21,489 nt of DNA from Octopus sinensis (lineage: Eukaryota), in assembly GCF_006345805.1 (NCBI RefSeq), contig NW_021823755.1:1-21489 (forward strand), given 5' to 3'. Of the stretch, positions 9,379 through 18,305 are shown piece by piece. The position numbers were made by a program, and so were the translations under genes. Position 1 is the first letter of the stretch. Every line of letters begins with the position of its first letter. Below the pieces are notes generated by a model, which saw nothing but the letters and a program-made list of their open reading frames with translations, did no database searches and was not told the origin of the DNA.

Positions 9379-9438
9379 CTCTACTGAAGACGAATAAATC
9401 TTTTATGAGATTAATTCCGAAATTGATTCAATATAGAG
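9379..9438 (+). ncRNA. Type I hammerhead ribozyme candidate
   Basis: CTCTA-CTGAAGA-C-[GAAT A AATCT (TTTATG) AGATT A ATTCC]-GAAA-TTG(ATT)CAA-TA-TAGAG. Helix I is CTCTA/TAGAG, helix III is ATTG/CAAT, and the AUA triplet gives a predicted cut after 9433. Confidence 0.72.
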
Positions 9439-9701
9439 ATAACGAAATTTAGAAATTCTAACGGTCAGTTTGCCCGACTTCAGTTCTTCGATTTTTTTTT
9501 TGCTGTAGCGAGTAGATTATATGTGGAAATTAACGATTTAATAGTCTATCATCAGCATACTGGCTTTGAAATAATTTTCTTTAGCCCTTACATATAAGTT
9601 GTTTATAATTTTAACCGTAAAGGTATTTTAATATGCTGCCACATTTCTTGATGGAATTTTTTTCTGTAGAGAAAAAAACTTCATCCTATATTAGTAGTAT
9701 T

Positions 9702-9733
<32 letters not shown>

Positions 9734-10100
9734 AAATATGATAGAGGTTATGAAAGTACATGTTTTATATATCAATATTATTATTATACTTTTCTAGTTA
9801 TTTATATCCTCTGGGGAGGCCTTTGGTTATTAAGCATACAAGTATAATTTTTAATGCCTAGAACTATATAATACTGGGATCTATAGGCAATATAAGTTGA
9901 ATTGACTCTTGACCATAGGCTGAAACAGCTGTAAAGAGCAGTTTATTTGTATTATTTTTATTTTTATTATTATATTACATATTGTTTTTTGTATATTGTT
10001 TTGTTCAATTTTGATGTTCCCATTTGTATAATTAATAAATAATGTGAAATTGTAATATCCGTAAGTTGATATTCGAATGAATTTGTTTCTCCATTTTCTC

Positions 10101-10307
<207 letters not shown>

Positions 10308-10674
10308 GCGAATATAATTTCTTTATCTTCATAGGATATTCGAACTAGAACATAGGATTTCATCAGAGTGAATACAAAGCGTCCCAAAAATAAACAAAAA
10401 GAAGAGAAAATAGGAAAGAAAACATAGCCTAGAGGTCTGATATATTAAAATCATACAATCTTCCATCATAGAGCTTCGAAGTCGGTAGGCAAAAACTGAC
10501 ATCGGGAGCGGAATAGGCCGTAAGAATTGTTATGTCACATAAATGTTATGTTATGTAATGTTTTGTATTAAATAATAAAAAAGCTACAGATGTGATCCAA
10601 TTTATTGGCTGATCTAAAGTTTTCTCCATTTTCTAATTATACATATACATATATAAAAATTAAAAAACTAATAT

Positions 10675-11083
10675 AGGCGCAGGAGTGGCTGTGTGGTAAA
10701 TAGCTTGCTAACCAGCCACATGGTTCCGGGTTCAGTCCCACTGCGTGGCATCTTGGGCAAGTGTCTTCTGCTATAGCCCCGGGTCGACCAATGCCTTGTG
10801 AGTGGATTTGGTAGGCGGAAACTGAAAGAAGCCTCTCGTATATATGTATATATATATAAGTGTGTGTGTATATGTCTGTGTTTGTCCCCCTAGCATTGCT
10901 TGACAACCGATGCTGGGTGTGTAGTACGTCCCGTCACTTAGCGGTTCGGCAAAAGAGACCGATTAGAATAAGTATGGGCTTACAAAGAATAAGTCCCGGG
11001 GTCGATTTGCTCGACTAAAGGCGGTGCTCCAGCATGGCCGCAGTCAAATGACTGAAACAAGTAAAAGAGTAAAAGAGAGAGAG
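10675..11083 (+). mobile_element. Full-length SINE family B
   Basis: Head AGGCGCAGGAGTGGCTGTGTGG...GGTTCAGTCC (B box), CTTGGGCAAGT (resembles the start of the CORE domain), internal TA/TG microsatellite, and 3' end GGCCGCAGTCAAATGACTGAAACAAGTAAAAGAG. Confidence 0.92.
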
Positions 11084-11124
11084 TAATCAGAAATGCACAA
11101 ACAGAAAACAGACACAGAAGGATA

Positions 11125-11284
11125 TGGAATCTATCAATATTTTAATGCATCGCTACGCACGTTTCCACAAGTCACATGTGTTTTGTGACCATAATCCTCA
11201 CTTATGAATGCGGATTATAGTCACAAAAAACATGTGTTTTGTGGAAACGTGCGTTGAGATACGTTAAAATATCTATAAATTCCA
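11125..11284. mobile_element. Palindromic MITE-like element of about 160 bp
   Basis: Imperfect arms 11125-11197 and 11212-11284 (e.g. ACGCACGTTTCCACAA / TTGTGGAAACGTGCGT; GTGACCATAATCC / GGATTATAGTCAC) with a 14-nt spacer. Confidence 0.7.
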
Positions 11285-11330
11285 CCCTTAGGTTAATAGT
11301 ATTGTTGCTATATTTATCCTACGTTATATC

Positions 11331-11563
11331 TGTTTCTTTATTACCCACAAGGGGCTAAACGTAGAGGGGACAAACAAGAACAGACAAACAGATTAAGTCG
11401 ATTACATCGACCCCAGTGCGTAACTGGTACTTAATTTATCGATCCCGAAAGGATGAAAGGCAAAGTCGACCTCGGCAGAATTTGAACTCAGAACGTAGCG
11501 ACGGGCGAAATACCGCGAAGCACTTCGCCCGGCGTGCTAACGTCTCTGCCAGCTCGCCGCCTT
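11331..11563 (-). mobile_element. Full-length solitary SINE family M with a perfect 14-bp TSD
   Basis: TCCTACGTTATATC at 11317-11330 and 11564-11577. The head (AGGCGGCGAGCTGGCAGAGACGTTAGC...GAGTTCAAATT) is complete. Confidence 0.93.
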
Positions 11564-11714
11564 TCCTACGTTATATCGGCACAGCTCGGTACGAACCTAT
11601 AAAACTGCCGTTGCAGTTTGGAATTACTGAGCCGTAGCCGACATAATAATATAGGAGCTTTTATGTGCGTACTCAAAAGCGTTTCCCGTAAACGAACTTA
11701 GGGGATATATATAT

Positions 11715-12021
11715 ATATTAATAGTTATCGCCATACTAATATGGTAGTCTAAATATAAGACTAACGCTGTCGCTGATTAGCTCAAGAGGCCACCGCCTCT
11801 AGCTAGCTATGACACACGAACACATGTTATCAAACTGCGCCATTACAACCTTCGAACAGGGGAGGTCAGCCGCTTCACCTTGCTAGTCAGACATCTGCAG
11901 ACATGGACGCAGGTTCGTGTGTCATATAGCTAGCTAGAGGCGGTGGCCTCTTGAGCTAATCAGCGACAGCTTTAGTCTTATATTTAGACTACCATATTAG
12001 TATGGCGATAACTATTAATAT
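11715..12021. mobile_element. Fold-back element: near-perfect inverted arms of about 107 bp around a 91-bp spacer
   Basis: 11715-11821 vs 11913-12021 differ by one substitution and a 2-nt indel by eye. The left end abuts (TA)n. Confidence 0.85.
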
Positions 12022-12077
12022 CCAGTAACGCTGCCGTAATCTCCTTTAGAGAGACTTAGTAATTTTAATATTTCTAA

Positions 12078-12092
12078 TATATATATATATAG

Positions 12093-12138
<46 letters not shown>

Positions 12139-12292
12139 TAGTGTGTGTGTGTGTATATGTATGCATGTATGTATGCATGCATTTATGTATGTATGTATGT
12201 ATGTATGTATGTATGTATGTACGTATGTATGTACGTATGTATGTATGTATGTATGTACGTATGTATGTATGTACGTATGTATGTACGTATAT
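12078..12292. repeat. (TA)n-(TG)n-(TATG)n compound microsatellite
   Basis: Direct reading. Confidence 0.96.
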
Positions 12293-12677
12293 AAATCCCA
12301 AAAATGGAACAAGAACGCAACAGACGACACTAAAACATCCGGGCAGACAGATGATACAAAGACGGACAGAAAAAACAACAAAAAGACAGACACGAACGGG
12401 TCCTTCGCAGCCTTCCCTCATCAATCAAGTATTCAGATCATCCTTACAGTGTCGACCGGTTACACTCTAGACTGTTCAAATTTTGTTGGCCCCCCCAAAA
12501 ATCTAAGCTAAGAGCATCACATTTTTGGGGAGAAAGCATGCAAATGTGTACGACAACAAAGACCCCAAAAAAACGGAGAAAATGTTACAGAATTACAAAT
12601 AAAAACAAGAAAATAACAACAGGTGTTTTTATTCTTTTAATCGTTTCAGCCATACAGCTGCGATCATGCTGGAGCAC

Positions 12678-12713
<36 letters not shown>

Positions 12714-12989
12714 ATATATATATATGGACGAGGCTTCCTTACTATCGCCTCGTGGATATATACTCGCCCTTGGCTTCTCTGCTGACGAGGCACGCCAGTT
12801 GTAAATACATTTTATTTAATTTAATTAATTTGTTTTACCAAAGTTTTGCCGAAAATATGCATAGTCCAGAGATGAAAGGGGTAAACGTTTTATTTCTCTT
12901 TCAATTTCAGAATTACAACTTTTAGCGGTTTGAGTTTGGCTGCTCTTTCTAGTGAGTCGAATGTCCTATTATGGCCATTCCTTATAATT

Positions 12990-13047
<58 letters not shown>

Positions 13048-13057
13048 TATAATATAT

Positions 13058-13260
13058 GACGGGTGTGTTACCGTTGGCGATTTTTTACCTTCGTCTTCCC
13101 TTCCTTGGATCTTTCCTTTTCTTATGTTTCTGACGAAGAGCTCCGCTCGAAACGTTAAACCCTCCTTCTTTCCTTTCCTGAGCGTCCAATAACATTATAC
13201 TTGCTCCACGTCCTCGCGTTTTTGTGTTTTCTCTTTGTGTTTTCATGTTTGGTTTAACTC
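13058..13260 (+). mobile_element. Penelope-like pseudo-LTR remnant between (TA)n tracts
   Basis: Pyrimidine-rich block of about 200 bp with a minimal hammerhead at 13126-13160 and (TA)n on both sides. Confidence 0.65.
13126..13160 (+). ncRNA. Minimal type I hammerhead ribozyme candidate with intact core
   Basis: GTTT-CTGACGA-A-GAGC(TCC)GCTC-GAAA-CG-TT-AAAC. Helix I is GTTT/AAAC, there is one extra nt after A9, helix III is the palindrome ACGT, and the triplet is GUU (predicted cut after 13156). Confidence 0.75.
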
Positions 13261-13600
13261 TCTCTCTATATATATGTATATATGTATATATAAACTGAAC
13301 ATTCAAACACTAAGATGTCACTACTGTGAATATCATCTGGGGATAAAATTTAAAATTGATGGTATCAACAGTAGTAACATAGGGGGTCCGCAGGCAAATA
13401 GCATTATTTAGTTATGAATTACAAATCTACACGAAACGTAAGGATGCATAAAAGCATGCACCTGCTAGAAATAAGAGCTAAAGTCTTAATTAAACCTCCG
13501 TACAGCACCAAGATAACAAAGAAATTACAGTAGGCGAAGAAACGGAAATAATTGATACATCCAAAAGCACAACTATAAAAGATTATGCAGTTTAGGACAT

Positions 13601-13657
13601 TCCCATACCCGGGTTTGGCTTTTGGAAGATTTAATCCTTAAGCCTCTTCAGTGTGGA
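13601..13657 (-). ncRNA. Decayed type I hammerhead (G12 lost)
   Basis: Minus: TCCACA-CTGAAGA-GGCTT...AAGCC-AAA-CCCGGG-TA-TGGGA. It retains the palindromic helix III ACCCGGGT. Confidence 0.55.
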
Positions 13658-13809
13658 CCACCGAGTAAAAATTCGAGGCCGCCACGTTAAACTGCGCTAG
13701 TGTATGATTTTTGTTTTGCGTCAAAACCGTGTGCTGTGTTTTTGGCGCAAAACAAATCCAGTGCACGAGCGGAGTTTAACATGACGGCCTCGAATTTTTA
13801 CTCGGTGGT

Positions 13810-13866
13810 CCACACTGAAGAGGCTTAAGGATTAAATCTCCCAAAAGTCGAAACCCAGGTTATGTA
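13810..13866 (+). ncRNA. Decayed type I hammerhead (helix III disturbed)
   Basis: CCACA-CTGAAGA-GGCTT...AAGTC-GAAA-CCCAGGT-TA-TGTAT. Both core boxes are intact and helix II is 5 bp. Confidence 0.6.
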
Positions 13867-14057
13867 TATGTCCTAAACTGCATAATCTTTTATAGTTGTG
13901 CTTTTGGATGTATTAATTCTTTCCGTTTCTTCGCCTATTTTTATTTCTCTATTATCTTGGTGCTGTACGGTGGCTTAATTAAGACTTTAGCACTTATTTC
14001 TAGCAGGTGTATGCTTTTATGCATCCTTACGCTTCGTGTAGATTTGTAATTCATAGG

Positions 14058-14090
<33 letters not shown>

Positions 14091-14091
<1 letters not shown>

Positions 14092-14263
14092 TATAGAAAA
14101 TAGTAAAAAGTGGAAAAAACTACAGAAGGCTTGTTTTAAAAGGTTAAAAAATATATATTTGAGTCATTATGTCAGAAGAATGTTATAATGACTCAAATAT
14201 ATATTTTTAACCTTTTAAAACAAGCCTTCTGTAGTTTTTTCACTTTTTACTATTTTCTATATA
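14091..14263. mobile_element. Fold-back element: arms of about 80 bp with a 14-nt spacer
   Basis: 14091-14170 vs 14185-14263 differ only by two 1-nt indels by eye. The spacer is GTCAGAAGAATGTT and the left end abuts (TA)n. Confidence 0.85.
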
Positions 14264-14300
14264 TTCAACCACGTGCTTTCACACACCAACTTTCTCACCT

Positions 14301-14348
<48 letters not shown>

Positions 14349-14354
14349 ATATAT

Positions 14355-14420
14355 GATTGATTGATTGATTGATTCTAGTTTCAGCTTATGAGCTGTGGCC
14401 ATGCTGGGGCACCGCCATTT
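14355..14420 (-). mobile_element. Isolated family B-variant 3' end with (AATC)n tail
   Basis: Minus: AAATGGCGGTGCCCCAGCATGGCCACAGCTCATAAGCTGAAACTAGA-ATCAATCAATC. 45 of 47 nt are identical to 5172-5218. Confidence 0.85.
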
Positions 14421-14544
14421 ATTATATATATAATATTATATATATATATATATATATATGTTAATAAAATAGAATATATGCATATATATAAACATATATG
14501 TACGTACCTACCTCTACATGTACATATACACGCATATATGTGTA

Positions 14545-14708
14545 CAGGACACCAAAAAGACGTCGAACACATAGAGAGACGAAACACATAGACACAAACC
14601 AAGGAACAAGACAAGCAAAAAAAAAAGGGAGAGATACAGGACAATAAGCACAACGAAAAATCCCTTCTTCAGTCGCTAAGATTTCATCTACTAAACGTTT
14701 CGAAGGAT
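14545..14708 (-). mobile_element. Penelope-like terminal remnant with a permuted hammerhead-like motif at 14660-14708
   Basis: Minus: ATCCTTC-GAAA-CG-TT-TAGTAGAT(GAA)ATCTTAGCGA-CTGAAGA-AGGGAT, followed by a pyrimidine-rich block. It lies between TA-rich repeats. Confidence 0.5.
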
Positions 14709-14726
14709 ATATATATATATATATTA

Positions 14727-14791
<65 letters not shown>

Positions 14792-14804
14792 TATATATAA
14801 TAAA

Positions 14805-15118
14805 TATTAGGGAATAAATCCAAATTTACAGGGAAAAAATCAGATTTAGGTTAAATCCAATTTTATAGTAAATATTATAAAATATTATTAGAGACAAAAC
14901 CACTATTTTGCAAAAAACAAGGAAAGACTTATCAATACATAAAATTTTAATAAATAGTCAAAAAAACCGCCACTACAATTGTTTTTTGGAAGTCCACCTG
15001 AAGATTGTCGATCAAGACAAGAACAATTGTAGTGGCGGTTTTTTTGACTATTTATTAAAATTTATGTATTGATTAAGTCTTTCCTTGTTTGTTTTGCAAA
15101 ATAGTGGTTTGTCTCTAA

Positions 15119-15122
<4 letters not shown>
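14805..15122. mobile_element. Element with a fold-back of about 100-bp arms (14884-14983 / 15022-15122) and a hammerhead at the turn
   Basis: Arms are near-identical by eye, the spacer is 38 nt, and (TA)n flanks both sides. The termini are shared with 8265-8580. Confidence 0.85.
14994..15035 (+). ncRNA. Type I hammerhead one change from consensus
   Basis: CCAC-CTGAAGA-TTGTC(GATCAA)GACAA-GAA-CAATTG-TA-GTGG. Helix I is CCAC/GTGG, helix II is 5 bp, helix III is the palindrome ACAATTGT, and the triplet is GUA. The GAAA box lacks one A. Confidence 0.68.
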
Positions 15123-15172
<50 letters not shown>

Positions 15173-15174
<2 letters not shown>

Positions 15175-15835
15175 TGTACATTTAAACACATTAGAGGTTT
15201 CCATCAAAGGAATCCCTTACGAATCTTCCAAAAATCTTAATGTGTTTAAATGTACACTGTATTTTATATGAATAATATATGGTCTATTGACTAATTTTTT
15301 CTATACGCTAGGCCACTGGTAGTAAAAGTTTCTAAAATCTTTATTACCCTAATATTATTGATTATGTATCTTTATGGAAGATTCGTTCGAAGAAATTGCC
15401 GGAATCTTTTTGCTGCCGACAAAAAACTGTGCTTGCGCGGTGGATTTGAAAAAATTAAAATGTATAAGCAAGCGGCACATGCTGGATTGGCCTCGTGTTT
15501 ATATGTTAAATCTAGGTGTACCTGCTGATGAAGACTTCGCCTAGCAAATTATTTTATTTGCAAAAATAAGTCAGAAACCATGGTCCAGGAAATAGTAAAT
15601 GTTTTTATTTTTCATTCCCTTCGAGTTTTTAAGTTTTTATCCCTAATTAGTGGTTTAGACTTTAGCAGTTCTTTCTAGCGTAAGGGATTCTTATGATGGA
15701 AACCTCTTAATGTGTTTAAATGTACACTTTTTTTTATATGAATAATATATAGTCTATTGACTAATTTTTCTATACGCTAGGCCACTGGTAGTAAAAATTT
15801 CTAAAATCTTTATTACTCTGATATTATTAATTATG
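15173..15835. mobile_element. Pseudo-LTR-like element with direct and inverted terminal duplications and an internal hammerhead
   Basis: Direct repeat 15238-15366 / 15708-15835, inverted 15173-15221 / 15679-15728, and perfect 21-bp hairpin arms 15173-15193 / 15238-15258. It is flanked by TA repeats. Confidence 0.83.
15521..15589 (+). ncRNA. Type I hammerhead ribozyme candidate with GUC site
   Basis: CCTG-CTGATGA-A-GACTT[..GCAAAT(TATTTT)ATTTGC..]AAGTC-A-GAAA-CCATGG-TC-CAGG. Helix I is CCTG/CAGG and helix III is the palindrome ACCATGGT, with a predicted cut after 15585. There is an extra A on each side of helix II. Confidence 0.75.
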
Positions 15836-15849
15836 CTATATATATATGA

Positions 15850-15998
15850 ACACGACGGGTTTGCGCACAGTTTCAGTCTAACAAATTCAATCACAAGGCC
15901 CGGTATAGTAGAAGACACTTGCCCATGCTACTGCTCAGTGGGACTGAAACTGAAACCACGATGTTGCAAAACGATCTTCTTAATCACACAACCATGCC
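15850..15998 (-). mobile_element. Diverged SINE family B 5' part
   Basis: CAGTTTCAGTCTAACAAATTC...GAAGACACTTGCCCA...CAGTGGGACTGAA is the reverse complement of family B. Confidence 0.75.
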
Positions 15999-16594
15999 CC
16001 AAAAAACTTCAAGTAGATACTTGACCTCAGTAAACTACATATCCCTCTCCCTGAATCATAACGCGGATTCAAACCACTACACAGAAATTCCAATATTATT
16101 CACATACATAGAAAGCAAAGGATAGATAATGCCCTAAATTGCAACGAAAAAATAATAATTTCTCACACATACCATTCTAAAAACCATTAACATTCTTTCC
16201 TGCAATCCACTTAGACAACAAAATACTCAACACTTCCTTGATGAAAATTACCAAATTATGTCAGGTTATTAATCTCACGTAATGTAAAAAGAAAGAGGTA
16301 AAAAAAAAATAATAAAAAAGCTTGCAGAAGTTGCAATTTCCTGACAGAAGTACCACTTCTTTGAACTTATAGTGACGCAATCTTCTCATATGTTCTCACG
16401 ACATAATCCCCTCCTCATGCGCTGATAACAAAATACTTACCTATAGCCTCTATTCCATAAGTACAGCAAATTTATCCAAAAATTTTGAGATTTGCTCTTA
16501 GGTCTCTTACGAACGTAAAACATCATTAGCCTAGAGTTTAACGAGGTTTTCTCGATGTATTAGAGATAAGAAGACACCGAGAGTACAGTACTAC

Positions 16595-16715
16595 ATCCTG
16601 GGAGAAATGCCAGTCCATCACTGAGTTGACTCCTAGCTGTTAATAATACTCATTTTCAACTAAGTGGATTGGAGTAACGTGAAATGAAATTTTATTGTAC
16701 CTCGCGAGGGTCATA
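16595..16715 (-). mobile_element. Old SINE remnant (CORE-like)
   Basis: GCCAGTCCATCAC...ACTAAGTGGATTGGAGTAACGTGAAATGAA. It shares ACGTGAAATGAAAT with 17168-17181. Confidence 0.45.
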
Positions 16716-16800
16716 ATGCTAATAATAAACACACGCACTGCTTCTATTTCACTTCTTTTATCATTAGAGATCAATTAGTTTGCCATTTAACTATTAACTA

Positions 16801-17002
16801 CCGTAAATCCTCGAGTATAATCCACATTTTTTTCCCAAAATTTAAAGGTCAAAATCCCTAGTGCGTACTATATACGAGGTTAAAATGAAAAATATTTTCT
16901 GAGCAATGTCCGTGTCTCTATTTGATGTTTTTCAGATGTACAGCCTCCTAAAAATCCCCTGCGTATTATACTCAAGGGCGGACTATACTTGAAGATTTAC
17001 GG
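16801..17002. mobile_element. Tc1/mariner-superfamily (pogo/Tc2-like) MITE
   Basis: TA-CCGTAAATCCTCGAGTATA ... TATACTTGAAGATTTACGG-TA, with 19 of 21 nt matching including the TA duplication. Subterminal GCG(T/G)A(C/T)TATA repeats are present. Confidence 0.85.
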
Positions 17003-17164
17003 TATTAACAATTAACAAATCGAGCGTTTGATTAATCGTTTCGTCAATCAATCAGTCGGCTAGATTTGTCAAAATTCGTCGTCATTCACAACCTCATCAA
17101 TGATATGCTCTCTCTCTCTACTCCAGATCTGCAAAATGTGTTTCAACACGCGTATTCACATTAG

Positions 17165-17292
17165 GAATCTTGTATATCAAATACAAAGACGTGAAATGAA
17201 ATGTGTCGCTCAAGAGCGCAAAACAAGCCCGGTCTGGAAACAGAAACCGCAACCTGTCGGTCTTCAGTCCAGCACCTTAAGCACCAGATCAC
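17165..17292 (-). mobile_element. Degenerate tRNA-headed SINE 5' part
   Basis: Minus: TGGTGCTTAAGGTGCTGGACTG...GGTTGCGGTTTCTGTTTCCAGACCGGGC...CTTGAGCGACACATTTCATTTCACGT. Confidence 0.55.
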
Positions 17293-17476
17293 TAGTCATC
17301 ACCAACCTAAATTTTTCCTTTCTCGAGCCCTAGCACTCACAAAAACAGGTACATCGAATCCATAGCGCATAAGCGACCGTTTCTATACCATTACCCCTAA
17401 ATGGGATACCGGTCTATTGCAGAATTAAGGGGGTAGGGAGTCGATTACATCGACCTTAGGACTTGACTCTTCTAGA

Positions 17477-17865
17477 CTCTTTCTCTCTCTTTTACTTGTT
17501 TCAGTCATTTGACTGCGGCCATGCTGGAGCACCGCCTTTAGTCGAGCAAATCGACCCCGGGACTTATTCTTTGTAAGCCTAGTACTTATTCTATCGGTCT
17601 CTTTATGCCGAACCGCTAAGTGACGGGGACGTAAACACACCAGCATCGGTTGTCAAGCAATGCTAGGGGGACAAACACAGACACACAAACATACACACAC
17701 ATACATATATACGACAGGCTTCTTTCAGTTTCCGTCTACCAAATCCACTCACAAGGCATTGGTCGGCCCGAGGCTATAGCAGAAGACACTTGCCCAAGAT
17801 GTGACGCAGTGGGACTGAACCCGGAACCATGTGGTTGGTAAGCAAGCTACATACCACTCCTGCGC
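17477..17865 (-). mobile_element. Full-length SINE family B
   Basis: Reverse complement of 10675-11083 at high identity by eye. Confidence 0.92.
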
Positions 17866-17990
17866 TGGTACTATATTTTATCGACTCTGAAGAGATGATA
17901 AGCAGCGTTTGAACTCAAAACTTAAAGAGCCGCACGAAGCGCCGCTAAACATTTTGTCCGACGTGCTAACGATTCTGCCAGTTCACGGCC
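17866..17990 (-). mobile_element. Deleted SINE family M 5' part
   Basis: TGGTACT..TTTATCGAC...TTTGAACTCA...CGTGCTAACGATTCTGCCAG. Confidence 0.7.
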
Positions 17991-18011
17991 TTTAACCACG
18001 TATTAACCACT

Positions 18012-18170
18012 GCAGGAGTGGCTATATGGTAAGAAGCTTGGTTCCCAACCCCATCGTTCCGGGTTCAGTCCCACTGCGTGGATTGGCACCTTGGGTAAGT
18101 ATCTGCTATAACCTCGGGCCGACTAAAGTGGATTTGATAGACAGAAACTGAAAGAAGCCCGTCGTATATA
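18012..18170 (+). mobile_element. SINE family B 5' half, running into (TACA)n/(CA)n
   Basis: GCAGGAGTGGCTATATGGTAAGAAGCTTG...GGGTTCAGTCCCACTGCGTGG...GAAACTGAAAGAAGCCCGTCG. Confidence 0.85.
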
Positions 18171-18224
18171 TGTGTATACATACATACATACATACATACA
18201 TACATACATACATACATACATACA

Positions 18225-18263
<39 letters not shown>

Positions 18264-18305
18264 TATATATATATATATGTATATGTGCGTATGTATGTAT
18301 GTCCA

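Larger units (their letters stand above)
8654..9699. mobile_element. Fold-back element with nested direct and inverted duplications (Penelope-like, non-coding)
   Basis: 8658-9008 is inverted at 9241-9591, 9064-9237 is inverted at 9526-9699, and 8654-8722 is directly repeated at 9167-9237. It is flanked by (TA)n on both sides and each long arm carries a hammerhead fold. Confidence 0.85.
13413..14055. mobile_element. Palindrome of about 640 bp (two arms of about 315 bp, 10-nt loop) with a decayed hammerhead in each arm
   Basis: Arms 13413-13727 and 13738-14055, roughly 85-90% identical by eye. The right end abuts (TA)n. Confidence 0.88.

Noticed and set aside
10335-10370. Minus-strand CTGATGA...TTCGAAT hammerhead-like remnant
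   Set aside because: The GAAA box is mutated and helices I and III cannot be paired convincingly.
12400-12430. Minus-strand TTGATGAGGG...GCGAAGG in a Penelope-like-looking block (12295-12480)
   Set aside because: Both core boxes are altered and there is no consistent helix II.
12778-12802. CTGACGA-GGC-AC-GCC half hammerhead
   Set aside because: No GAAA box or cleavage triplet follows.
12895-12955. Possible splice acceptor TTTCAATTTCAG and short exon
   Set aside because: The downstream sequence shares the AGTTTGGCTGCT(A/C)TTTCTAG repeat motif with 6015-6033 and has no convincing donor or reading frame.
16000-16590. Apparently unique stretch as an exon or regulatory region
   Set aside because: No ORF, splice pattern or recognisable motif. 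Function cannot be supported from sequence alone.
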